This document shows, one piece after another, positions 38,128 to 51,200 of a DNA stretch of 64,000 nt (positions within the stretch are counted from its first letter, which is position 1; every line of letters starts with the position of its first letter). Below the pieces are notes generated by a model. It saw only the letters and a program-made list of their open reading frames with translations. It was not told the origin of the DNA and made no database searches. The stretch is from Bugula neritina (taxonomy: Eukaryota > Animalia > Bryozoa): positions 19,654,995-19,718,994 of the forward strand of contig OZ037765.1 of the NCBI GenBank assembly GCA_964035545.1. The letters run 5' to 3'. Made by a program: the position numbers and the translations under genes.

Positions 38128-41100
38128 CATCATTATTCTAATATGCTGTTATAGCACTTTTAACCCACTTAAGCACAGCATATACAGTGGAATATTGTAG
38201 TGCAAAATTGTAGTTAATTGTATTGTTTGAATACTACATTTATATTGTTTTAAGTATATGAAACCGTAATGATATTCAAAATATGACACTAATTGCAATA
38301 GCATGTATATATACACATGATGACTTTTACAATAGCTCAACAAAACATACTTTATTTGACAATCACAGATATTATCAGGCTTAAAGTATTCAAAAGTTGT
38401 TATCACAGTTTCCCAAATGTAATTTTAGAGAAGGGGTGTCTGCTATGTATGACATATCTTATGCTTGGCTGACCACAGAAGGATTTCTACTTTCTATCAT
38501 TACTTCCTTAACTTCAAGTTTGATTTGTAAGTCCATACTATCTCTCAGACACTTGTTCAATGCTTGAAGCTTCAACTTAAAATCAAATTAAAAAAATTGT
38601 CATTTTCTAAATTTATTCTTTTAAATATATATATTCTATTGCTTTATATTGTTTATTTCTAACAAATTATAATACGTTATGTTTTGTTTTGCAGTGAAGA
38701 ACCGAAATCTTGTTTCAAAGGATCTTTTGGCTTCTTGTGTTGCCAATAGCTCATGCACCCCACAGCTTTTTAAAAAGTATATCAACTATGGAGAAGATGA
38801 AGATGATAGAGATAGCACTAAACTGTAAAATATCTAATGTCCATGTTATTGATTATTACATACTATTTATGTTGTCTGAATGTCTATATATTTATACTTT
38901 ATGTGTACTAATGTATTTGTCTATCACGAATTTGCAAGCTTTTAAAGAGATACATGAGCATTGGGGGTAGCTGGTAGCTGATGATTATATTATTCATCAA
39001 GATTGCGACTGAATAACTTTTTGAAAGGAATTGTATTTTCCTGTTATAATGTATTATTTATTACTGTGTGATAAAACGTGCTGCAGTTTATGTTTAGATA
39101 TAATTAATACATTTAGCCAGAAGCATGTGTTGTTGCTACTCAAAATATGGCCAGTTATAATACAGAAAATTACAAACATGAAAATAGTTAAATGCCATTC
39201 AAGTTTGATTTATTTATGTTTTATTAACTTTATGAAAAGTGCACATCTTTTAATACTGTTAAATAATGTCATTTTTTGCCAGCCAACTTTGAAATTAAAG
39301 TACTTTTATTAATTGATAAGCCCTAAATAGTGGGAATTGTGGCTTTATGCTAAACTGAAAAATAGTCATATATAAAAATCTTCCCTGTTTCAACATTCAA
39401 TATTTATTGTGTCCAACTGGGCAATTAGAAATAATGCAATTGTAGGTAAAAACTAGAAGCTATGACATAATTTGCTACATGGCATACAACAGCCTTGATT
39501 GAACCTAGAAAATTATTTCTATATGGTTTTTGCTTACACCATTGGGCAGGAATATAGGTTTAATTGTTAGCAATTTGTGAATTCATGAACTGTTTAATAG
39601 AAAATAAATGAGCAGTTAAAAACAGTGATAGCTTTTCAAGTTTTATTAATAGTCAAGTAAATTGAGGCTTGTATTTTCAACATGATTTCAAAGCTGTGTA
39701 ATAATCTAAAGTTGCAGAGATATCTCATTCACAGCAGATAGTGGCAATAGTTTGTAACCTGACAGCGTGGGGCTAGGTGAACCACACAGGAAGTGGGATG
39801 AGTTGAACCATGCAGGTACAGCTTGCCCCACTAATTATTTTCACTATGTTCATAATAATTGATCATAAAACTTTGCATTTAATTTTTTTGCCTGTAATTA
39901 AAAGTTTTCTGCCAGCAATATATAAACACAAGCATACATTTAGTTCTGGAACAAATGAAAATTTAGGTCAATGGTAAAATTATCTAAATTTACATTTTTA
40001 AAGTTGTCACATAAAAATTTGTGCAGATGCAAAACAATTCAGCAAAAAATAATACTACGACAATAATTACACTTTCATACTGTTTATATGGCGTCTCAAA
40101 AAGGCTTGACTCTATCAAGTTTTATTTATAGCATTTAATCATATAACAGGTTTAATGAAAGAGATCAGGAGAAGTAGCAACAATCTTTCATTTGGAAACA
40201 TGCTTGTATTATTTTAATATAAGTTATGGATTAACTTAAATAATTACAGGCAATAGTATGACATTAGGAAATTAGGAAACCAATCTACCTGAGATAACAG
40301 GTTAAGATAAATAGTTTTATAGATGGTTATAATTTACATGACTTATAAAAATGTATAGTTTAATTAAAGTTAAATGCTATTTCAGTTTAATTATTATTAT
40401 TTAAAGCTTACTACAAAGACTGTATCATTAAGTTATATTATGGTGGAGGTCTGAATTCTTACGGAACAGCTTATTTTATTGATATACGACAGAAAACTGC
40501 AGAACAGTGAGTCTAAATCTAATTAAATATTTTATATCATTTAAGCTAGTTTTATGAGCTAGCTTATTACTTAAATCCAAATATACTGTGCAATATTTAT
40601 ATTTTGCAGTGCATAGTTAAAATTCTTTTGGGAGTTTTCAAATATTTTAAAATTTTTATAATTTATTAATTATTAAAAATATAGTTTTTTTTACTTTTAC
40701 ATGTTTTACTTAAAATAATTTTGCTGACGAATATGAGTAAAGTCTACAGCTATGACAATGCCATTGAGTAATGATGCGTACGAGTTTCAGAGCAAAAAAC
40801 TATTGACTATCTGACAAAAACAGAATATATTGAATTAATAGACAGCTTCTCAAAAGTAATAATATAGTTATAAATGTTGCCATCATAACATGGAAAACTA
40901 AGCTATCTTCCTTATTCTCTAGTTTTCAGCTGTATATGTTCATTTTCTTGAGTGCCGATTTTTTAAATATTTCTGTATACTTATGATTAATTTAGTGTGT
41001 ATAAATAGTTAGTTTTAGGTTTTTTTTATAGATAGTAGCTTTTACTTGCTGCCTAATTTAGAAAGAAAAGTTTAAAAAATTGATTTCCTTCAACAATTTT

Positions 41101-41467
41101 GTGTTCTTACCTAGTTGTCTTAAACTTTTAACATTGGTAGTAAGAAATGAAACATTATATATGCAACCGAGTAAACTATAGTGTAGATAGCTTATTTTCG
41201 GAAAAGATGTTTTTTAGTAAATGAAAAATAATTTTGAAGCATCTAATTTTGAATTGTATATATACATTGAACATAGTAATTAATTTAAAATATTATATTT
41301 AAAGGCATTTTAATTACAGTCAAGCATATTTTAATATCCTGTATAAATGTTGCTTTATTAAATAATTTTTATTTTATCATATTTCAATTATTGAATGTTT
41401 GTATCTCTGTAGAGTGTATAGAGCGTTCAAGTAAAAACTAATTTTTTCACTTAAACAAAAAACTGTT

Positions 41468-41547
41468 TACACACACCATACACACACAACACACACAACA
41501 CACAACACAACACACATAACACACAACACAACACAACACTACACACA
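41468..41547. repeat. Imperfect CA/CAA-rich repeat upstream of copy D
   Basis: acacacaccatacacacacaacacacacaacacacaacacaac...; the homologous site upstream of copy B (about 16169) has only a short cacacacca seed. Confidence 0.8.
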
Positions 41548-42201
41548 TTCTCGAAATGTTTATAACTCCTGCGTACACAAAAAGGTACATAGTAAATTTA
41601 TTTGGGCAATTGCCTATATTTGCATCAGATGTGTATATTATTTTTTGTAACTACCGGATCATTTATATTGGTTAAACCAAATCTGCTTCTTGAGAAATTT
41701 GCAGATATGCACTTACTTTGGTCAGCTGCAGTTGAAATTTTTTATCATTTTATTTGTTGCAATTACTGATATCACAGTAAACAAGTTATCTTGTTGTGTG
41801 ATTTAAATCAGTAAGTATAATGACTATTATCAGAATTTAACTACCAATGCTGGCTGTATGCAACAGCTTGCTAACATCCATACAATCATGCACGTTTATA
41901 GTCAAACACTGTCACTAAATACTACAGCTATTTGAACAGTGCTTTGCAAATCGTGTCTCTAAATCAGACCAGCTTTCTATTTGGCAAGCTAAGAGTAAGT
42001 GAACATAACTTGCAAAGCATTATCAGGAGACTAAGTCCATCCTGATTGGCTAATCTCAACCTCAAACAGTATGTTGAGTAACTTATTTCTGTTAATGTCA
42101 TGTTTCATTTGAAAACTGAAGCTGGAGAGAATAGATTTTGATTTATCATAAATTGATAGAAAAAGTATTTAGGAGTAATTGTACAGCTTTAAAACATAAG
42201 C

Positions 42202-45200
42202 ATGTCTATGATGAACACTGGGATATATTTCAAATGGCCAGACTACCTGGTGTTTAGCTTGTCTCTGGTATTATCAGCAGCTATAGGATTCTACTATGCA
42301 TGTACTGGAGGAAAGCAGAAGACAACTAAAGAATATCTTCTGGCTGACAGAAACATGCATTGGCTTCCTGTTGCAATAAGTATGGCAGTGAGGTGAATGA
42401 TAAAATTCGCTTTGTAATAGTAACTTTGGAGTAATAATTCTAATTTATTTTTGTTGTGTCGAAGAAAAATCATATTGAGAGATGTTTTGCACATAACTTA
42501 CTTTACTTACTATAATTTTCTGTTATTTAAAATAATATTATAAATGAATGGAAGGTGTAAAAGAAAAATTGGATTTATTACTGCAAAACAATGAAATAAT
42601 TATTATTGTATTCTATTGTTATACAAGACAATCTATCGCCTCTAAGTTTGTAAATCTATTAGTCAGTTATGAATACCCAATAGAGTTTTAGGAAAATTTG
42701 TTGTCTGTGAATATTGAATCACATGTTTTTATTTTGCAGTTTCACTTCTTCTGGCCTTCTAATTGGTCTTCCAGCTGAGATATACACATTTGGTACAATA
42801 TACATGTTTACTTTGGTTGGCAGACCAATAGCGGCTGTCTTATCTGCTAAACTGTTTATCCCAGTGTTTAAACAAATTGGTTCTATCAGCCTGTACCAGG
42901 TAATTTTAACTAAAATTTATTATAAACAATAATAAAAGTTTTCATTGTCTTTAAGTTATATTCAAGTATTTTTCTCCTAATAAATAATAATCCATTCAAG
43001 TGTGTGTAAACTTATTGTCTTCAGAAATATAGAAACTGTTTGTTATTATTGCTTTTAATATTTGCTACAAACGTTGCACAACACTACTTATGTATGTCAC
43101 CATAAGTATCAACTCTCTCTTCAATGGCATGACAAATTGTTCAGTTTGAAAATTACACTATTTGTAAAATAATCGCCCCCACCGAGATTCAAACCACACA
43201 CCTCTGGCTTGCAAGCAGGCGCGCTAACCAATTACGCTACAGGGGCTTCGATATTCCAAACAACATCCCACCCAGTTTTCTCCAGAACTGCGCTGGTCCC
43301 CACGTACTCTGTCAGTTTATATGCTTGACTTGCCACTCAACTTCCTAAGAGTACTTCCACAAGACAAGGCCAAAATAGCTTGTAAAATAATTGCCCCCAC
43401 CGGGATTTGAACCACAGACCTCCAGCCTGCAAGCAGGCGCGCTAACTAAGTACGCTACAGGGGCTTCAGTATTCCAAACAACACTATTGTATTCTGAAGT
43501 TATAATAAATGATGTATATTTCTGTTATCTAGTACATCTATAAAAGATTTGGCAGACTCTTGAGTATTATTCTGCTAGTAGAGGGATTCTTTTTATCGGT
43601 GAGTCATTCGAAAATTCAAGCTTACGTTTGCTCACTTTCAATGCAGCAAAACTAGTGACTAACCTACTTATTGTATTTTTTATAATAAAAAGCTAATAGA
43701 AATTATCATCACAAAGCAAAAGTTTTTTAAAATTATTCAAATTCTACTGCTGGCGTTAAAACTATGATTTTCTCCAATTAATAATGTGTTTTGTGATTTG
43801 CATGCATTATACTGCATTTAAATATGTTCTTCAAAAAATATGTTATAGAGTTTTATTAAGATTGTCATAGTGCACAAAAATAACACAGCTCACAAAGAAC
43901 AATTATAATTTAATTATTGATTTGAATACTGTTCTTATTAAAAAAAAACTTCCACAATTGCCTTTACTGTTAAATTTTCTTATGCTTTGAATAGGTGTCA
44001 CTACTATTTCTTAAAGCTAAGTTAGCTACTTTATTAATTTTTTTTAACAGATAAATATAGCTAGGCAGAATGTTTAAAGCGTTCAGCCTTTCCTGATGAC
44101 TTTAGGTAACTTAACTAACTTATTAATATTATATAAAAACCACTTCCTATCAACAAATATTTTATAAGACATTTAGACAGTAATTGAATGAATATGCTTT
44201 GATTAAAAGGTGGACTACTGATTCAACTGGAAATTACATAAGAAAAGATTGAAACGCATAAGTTTTTATAAAATATGCATATCTCTGCTTCCTAGTATAA
44301 ATACAAGATTTTGATTTGACTGCTCAAATTATATCATAAGCATGTATTGTACAGTAAGCCTAGGGCCACGCTGTGCGTATTTTCGCATGCAAAAATTGAA
44401 ACCACGAGTAGCAAAGGTGTCCACTGTATGCGTTGAGAAAACATTCGCACTTGTCGCTCAGCATTCTGAACGCAAATGCGAATCGTCTCTGTCGTCGTCA
44501 CCTAATTGGCTGGTAGTTATTTAGCGAGCCCAATTCTTTCATTTTAGTGCTATATTCCAGTAAATTGCGTTTTATTAAAAGCGAGTGGGATTTAAAAATG
44601 AAAGCTTTATTTATCCTGCATTACTGACGCTACAGTGGACACCTTTGCTACCTGTGGTTTCAATTTTCGCATGCGAAAATACGCACAGTGTGGCCCTAGG
44701 CTTAGTAGATTGCTACTCAACTATAACTAGAATAATTGTATGAGAGGATAATCACCATGCAAAGCATATGTATTACTGGCAACAACGTGTGGCATATAAG
44801 AAACAGGAACTGTAAGATTCAGCAAAACTACTTTCACTTTTGCAGATGCTGTTTGGAGCACTAATAATTTATGGACCAGCATTGGCTATGTCAGGAGGTG
44901 AGCTATAGTGTGGTAAAACAAATGTCTTTGAGCATGTGTCAAAAACCACGGAGGTACAAATTTTATTAGCTGTGCTGTTTAAAGTAAATTATCTACAAAA
45001 TCAGTTGTCTAATTTCTTGTAAACAACTTGCTCTTTTATTACCTATCAGTATCATTTGATGTATTAATTTGATGGTAAAACTTCTGTATGATGTTTTTTT
45101 CAAATCTAGCTTTTATCTTGATATATAAAACTTTAATCACCTTTTCGTAATGATGCAAGTATTGAAATATAAGCTATGTTGTCAACTCAAGAATTAGTAA

Positions 45201-48200
45201 GAGAGCAGCCATGGTCTTGGGGCTAGAGCATTTCGCTTAGTAAACATGAAGTCATGGGTTCAGAGCCCAGTAAAGGCCATTGGTGATAGTAAGAAGAGCA
45301 TCCAGTCATAATTGCTCCTGTGCCATATATAAATAAGTCCTCAGCTCGATTTAATAAAAACCCTTTCTGTCAGAGGTTTTCTCTACAGGGATGGCGACCA
45401 TAAACTTCCGTGAGTTTTGAGTAGCAATTTTTATATTTTTTAGTAACTGGCTTAAATCTCTGGGTTGTTGTATGTTCCGTAGGACTGATTGCAATGCTGT
45501 ACACAGTCTTGGTAAGGAGTATTCTATGGTTTTCTAGACATACTTTATGATAATTCCAACAACATTATGTAACTAATTTTAATTTAATCATGGTAATGCT
45601 TAATAGTTCTTAAAAGTTAACTGGTTGCCAAAAGATCTATAAAAAATATATTGCTTTGTGAAACATCTTCAAGTAAAAATCTCTTGATTTTCAGTTTATG
45701 AAATAATGATGGATCTACATGCATGAGTGGTTCTTTAAAAAAAGGTTTTTTTATAGAAAATGTTTTTTTCAACTGTGTAACTGGTTGGCCTCAGTAGATA
45801 AGGCTGTCACTTTTAATTATTAGAGTCCTTATTATGAAATTCTGTAGTAAAGCTGATAAAGCTTATAACCTACTTTTGGCACAGAGGACAATGACCTGAA
45901 AAACTATGTGATAACATAACCACAAATAAGATTTAAATTTAGTATAAAAAGCTATTACAAAACTAACTAAAGTACTATTATAAGTATATTAAATAACTTC
46001 AATAATAACAAGCATAGACAAAAATGTAATTTTTAGTGCAACAATGATAATTGTCATGAACTGTTGAAGAGATGCTATATCGTTATCACAAAAGCATGTG
46101 TGTTATCAAAGTTACAATATAGTGATTATTACTTGCATGTGATGGCACAAAAAATATGTACATTAGTTTGAAAATGAAAAACCGTGAAATGCAGCAGAAA
46201 GTAACGATCAATATTGTAAATTAAGCGCTTTTAGTTACAACTGAAACTTTTATGCTTGTGTAAGCTTATATTATAAGAAGTGTTAGAAATCAAGTTTCGC
46301 TTTCAACTGTAATAATACAGTTAAAATCAAAATTATGCTAAACGAATTGTTGCTAAAAATACATCATTTGCATATGGGTCATTTTACTTAATTTAGTAAA
46401 AACTTGATATCTCTAGTTTTTAGTTATTTTTCACAATGTAGCTGCTATTGTATATGGGTTTTTGCTCTAAATTGATAAAAAATATTAACAAATACAACTG
46501 AATAAGTAAGGCTCTTTTTAATTTGGCTTAATTTTCTATGTTTCTTTGTAATCTACTAGTGAATTGGGATTTTCATACCATAATGGAGAAAACCATCACA
46601 GTCCACACATATCTATTTAGGTCATGTGACAACGGCATTGCACTTTGATGTTCCAGCACTCTCTTCCAGCCTTTGTTCACTATGCATAGTTAGAATCAGA
46701 ACATAACATTACCTCATTTAGTAAATTTTCATAAATCTTGAGCCAACTTTAAGTTTGGTCCTAAATTGCTGATGCTTACTAAAAACGAGTAAAGTGGCCT
46801 ATATTATATTAACTGGCTAAAAATATAATATTATTATTAAACACACTCATCTATGTACCACATTTTATGCTACTTTTATTTTCTTGCTTTTCCATCTTTT
46901 CTCACAGGGTGGTTTGAAGGCTGTTCTCTGGACAGACACTCTCCAGTTTCTCATCATGATAGTTGGATGTATAGTACTACTTATATTTGGAACAGTTAAA
47001 GCTGGTGGACCCAGTGAAGTTTGGAGAGTAAACAAGCTCAGTGGTAGACTGGATATACTGGAGTAAGTTAGAACATATTAACATCTACATCGGTAAGGTA
47101 TATATAGCTCACTTTTCTTATTTGGTTGCTAATACATAATTAAAATAGTTTACCATTATTATATTACCTAATGCATCTAAGAGTTATTATTTACTTCATG
47201 TAAAACTTTTGCGTCCACTGGGATTCGAATTCTCAAACTCAAACCTCAAATTTGCAAGCAGGCACACTAACCTTTACACCACAGGGGCTACTGGGTAAAC
47301 TCACCATTACTTGTCAGACTTTGATTTCATTGCGTTTGATTGTATTGTAGCTTTGTAATCAATTTTTTAAAAGTTCACTTTTTTGGAAAAAATTAAACAT
47401 GTACCAATACATTATAATGCAAAAGCAAACACTGTTTTTAAAAAACATGAACATTTATTAGTTAGTTTTTCAGCAATGCTAGTACTTTTGTTTTATTTTT
47501 AAATATTACAAGCTTGATAAAACATTAGTATATAGTATTTTAATATTTTTCAACTTTCTATTTCAAGGCCAACTAAATTTTTGAGTTTTGATCCTCGGAG
47601 TCGTCACACCTTATGGACTCAAGTCTGTAATGCTATATTGATCTACATCAGTGCTTATGGAGCCTCACCAGTTGCTATTCAGCGCATTTTGGCATTGAAG
47701 CCTGGACCTATTAATACTTTTTTGTAAGTATTTTGATATAAAAATATAATGTTTAGACATAGTAAAATAAATTAATAGTCTCCTTTAACATTATGCAGCC
47801 GTGGTTTAGGGGTTAAAGCGTTTGCCTAGTAAACACGAGGTCATAGGTTCGAGCCCTGACAACGGCCATTGGTGATGTTAGGAAGAGCATCCAGTCATAA
47901 TTGCTTCTGTGCCTCATTTAAATAAGTCCTTGGCGAGCTTTAACAAAAACCCTTTCTATCAGGGGTTTTCTCACAGAGATAGCGACTATAAACTTGCCTG
48001 GGTTTTTTAACATTATGCGTAATAAAATTATCTATAGATTTTCGATATAATATATGCAGCTCATGTAGTTTATTATATATAGTGGGATAATGTTTTGGAT
48101 TGAGAAATGCTTAATTTTAGTTTTATTATTGAAAGAATTTAAACTTTTGCAATTATACAAAAGTTTAAATAAATAAGTCCTAAATGATTGACTAATATCT

Positions 48201-51200
48201 AAAAAAAACTGGCAATAATTTGAAAAAAAGTGATAATTTGAAGCTGATTTTATTTAAATAACTCAATAAAAAACTTATTTAATTGCTACTGTTTGATACT
48301 CGTTTTCTCAACAACTTATAAAAGTTAGTTTGACATATGTTCAATAAAACTAAAATGATTAAAACTATTTCACTATATAATAGTAATAACTTTACATAGA
48401 ATGTTATTTATTAATAGAAACAATAATATTTGACTAATAAAGTATTATGTCTTCAACACTGTAGATGCTTCACCACTGTGCTACTAATAACATTCTCCTT
48501 TGAAATAATATGTGCAGCTATTGGCCTCGTAGCTTTTACATACTACAAAACATGTGATCCAGTTGCCAGTGGAACTATCTTCTCTAAAGATCAGGTAAAC
48601 CTATTCTTTTAGGATTAATATTTTTGTAATAATCGTAATCTACATTTAACTTGTCATTCTTATGCAGAATAAGGGAGGCATGTCAAATGACACTACATGT
48701 TTGCTGTGATAGTAGAATTTGCTTAATGACACACTTTCACATATTTATTAGTAATAGCTCCTAAAAACTCATGTGAGTTTACAGTATCTATCTCTTTCAG
48801 AACCCGTAATAGAAAAAGTTTGTTTTTTCAAGTTAAAGATCTTTTTTAATGAAGCAATTATCACTGAATGCTTTTCTTAACATCTCCATTGTTTGAATTC
48901 AAACCACTGACCTGTATGGGTTTTACTAAAGCAGCACTTTAATGGTTTAATGACTCAAGTGAACTTTTCATGGCTATTAATTTATGTAAATTAATGACTA
49001 CAGATAAATGAACACTTAACCCATACAAGCGCAACAGGCAGACATTTTTTCCTGAAGCATTAATTTATTTATCTTCATCACAGGCCTTAGAAAGGGTTGA
49101 ATAGTATAGATGAGTTATCTTTATAGTAATATGCCAAAGTACTAAAATTCCTAATAATATAAAGCTTTTTTCAATTTTCCATCAACAATTGTCATAAGGT
49201 AGCTAGTCTGCAGCATAAAGCAACATATTTAAATGCATATATATGTTAAACAATGAGATAATTACATATGAGTCATCTATATTGCATAAATTGAAGTAAA
49301 AAGAGAGGACAAATCTTTATCAACTCTTGCATGGGTAAATTAAGATCTATCGTTTTGCACATTTCACCTGCTGCAAATTACCTGGTTTTAACATCTAGAA
49401 ATATTCTTAGGGTCGTATAAATGAAGATATTTAGGCAATAAAAACGCTTATGCATTATTATACTTGTGTGATACCTAAAGTAAAATTATACTACATAAGA
49501 TTTCACAAACTAGTAGGCTTTAAACTCATGCAGTTCCTATTTACACTCCATGAGAGCTAGTGGATTTCAATAAAACATTTAACTTCATTGCATTGCAGTG
49601 CAATAAGCATCATATTTTTGAGAATTAGCTATCTACTGTTAAACCTACTGCAAAAATTGACAGAAATTAGTAATCTATAGAGTCTAGGTAGTGTATAGAT
49701 TCTACACTGCATTGTCATTATAATATAATCATATATTTGAATGTTTTAGATTCAGCCGCTGTTTACTATAGAAATATTCCAAAACCTGCCAGGTTTATCT
49801 GGTCTCCTAATGTCTTCTGTGTTCAGTGCATCTCTTAGGTGAGTTACCATCACGTTAAAATGGCTGTAAACATGTGGGGACAATCTCTTGGATTTGTCTA
49901 CACTTTGCACACAATCAAGTGATGTGACTTGGTCTTACAATAGTAAACCAAATAACTAGAATGTAGTTCATGTGCCATTCTCTTTATTTCGGTCTAAACA
50001 ATTACATTCTAAAATTGTTTTTCAACTTAGTTTCAGTTACATGGAGTAAGAAATGATGGCAATGTTAATAAGCAGTTAGTTGATAGTAAATGGATCTCTC
50101 TATTCAAAGCCATAATAGTATATTGATCTTTTTAAATGGCTTTATTTTCTTGTTGAGACTGCATCAACAAAACTAATACTGGTTGTGCTATGAATATCTC
50201 ATACAATCAACAATCATTGCTAAAAAATAAATACTTTTCTTTAGCATTTCTTTACTAAATTATAGGTGGTCTAGTATAGCTACCTATTCTTTACAACTAT
50301 CATCATATTCAACACTGGTATTAAATACATTTACTGTAACTGCAGCACAATTAGCTCTGGAATGAATGCAGGAGCTGCCATTATTCTACAAGAGGTTATC
50401 AAGCCACTGAAACCTAACATGTCTGACCAAAAAGCCGCAGTCATTTGTAAAATACTTTCCACTCTCACTGGAATTATCTCCATTTTATTTGTCATTTTCT
50501 TGAGGTTTTTTGGAAGTGGACTATTATCGGTAAGACAACTAAATATATACATGTATTTATTTTCAAAAGAACTTTTTATTGGTAGAGCCTAGCTTAATAA
50601 GGGATTTAAACACAAATTAATTTGCAAAATAGATTTGAACATAATGTTTAAAAATCTTGAACATAGAGTTTTTTTAGAGTGTGTCACGTTTTGAGTTTCA
50701 AGTAAGTACTAATAATTCGTAACATTTTTTGAGGAAAAAAACCTTAACTTAAAAGAAAATGTATGAGGTATCACTTTTCTTATAAATATCGATTTGTCTT
50801 GACAGTTGCCTGACACTTTTATTCAAGTTTTTTTTAATTATAGCTTTTTGTGCATAAAAGTGTAATATTTCACGTGACAATACATTTAGCGCAGTGGAAG
50901 TGTGCAATCTATAATAAAATGCTCCAAGTTATTAAAAAGTTGACAACTTTGAACAATAGAATAAGAACACTATTTTTATTTGTTCAATTTCTGTTAAATA
51001 TATCCTGAATAAAAATTTAGGCAAAGGTAAAAGACCTGAAATGTTTTACCTTAATCACCTAAATTTTTAAATATACTTGTTATATATTTTACACATTTGT
51101 GCTGACTTGAAGCATTTCAGTTAGAGCCTAAAGGGATTGCAAGCGCAAGTTGATCTATTTAGCAACTGTTTAATATAGTGTCCAAAACAGCAAATACTCT

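Noticed and set aside
43175-43464. Two functional tRNA genes (Ala-TGC or Cys-GCA)
   Set aside because: Anticodon and T arms pair poorly, B boxes are mutated, and both units lie inside the LTRs of a TSD-flanked insertion absent from the paralogues.
47797-47868. Functional tRNA-Thr(AGT) gene
   Set aside because: Stems are imperfect and it is fused to a conserved body flanked by a 13-bp TSD, so it is a SINE head.
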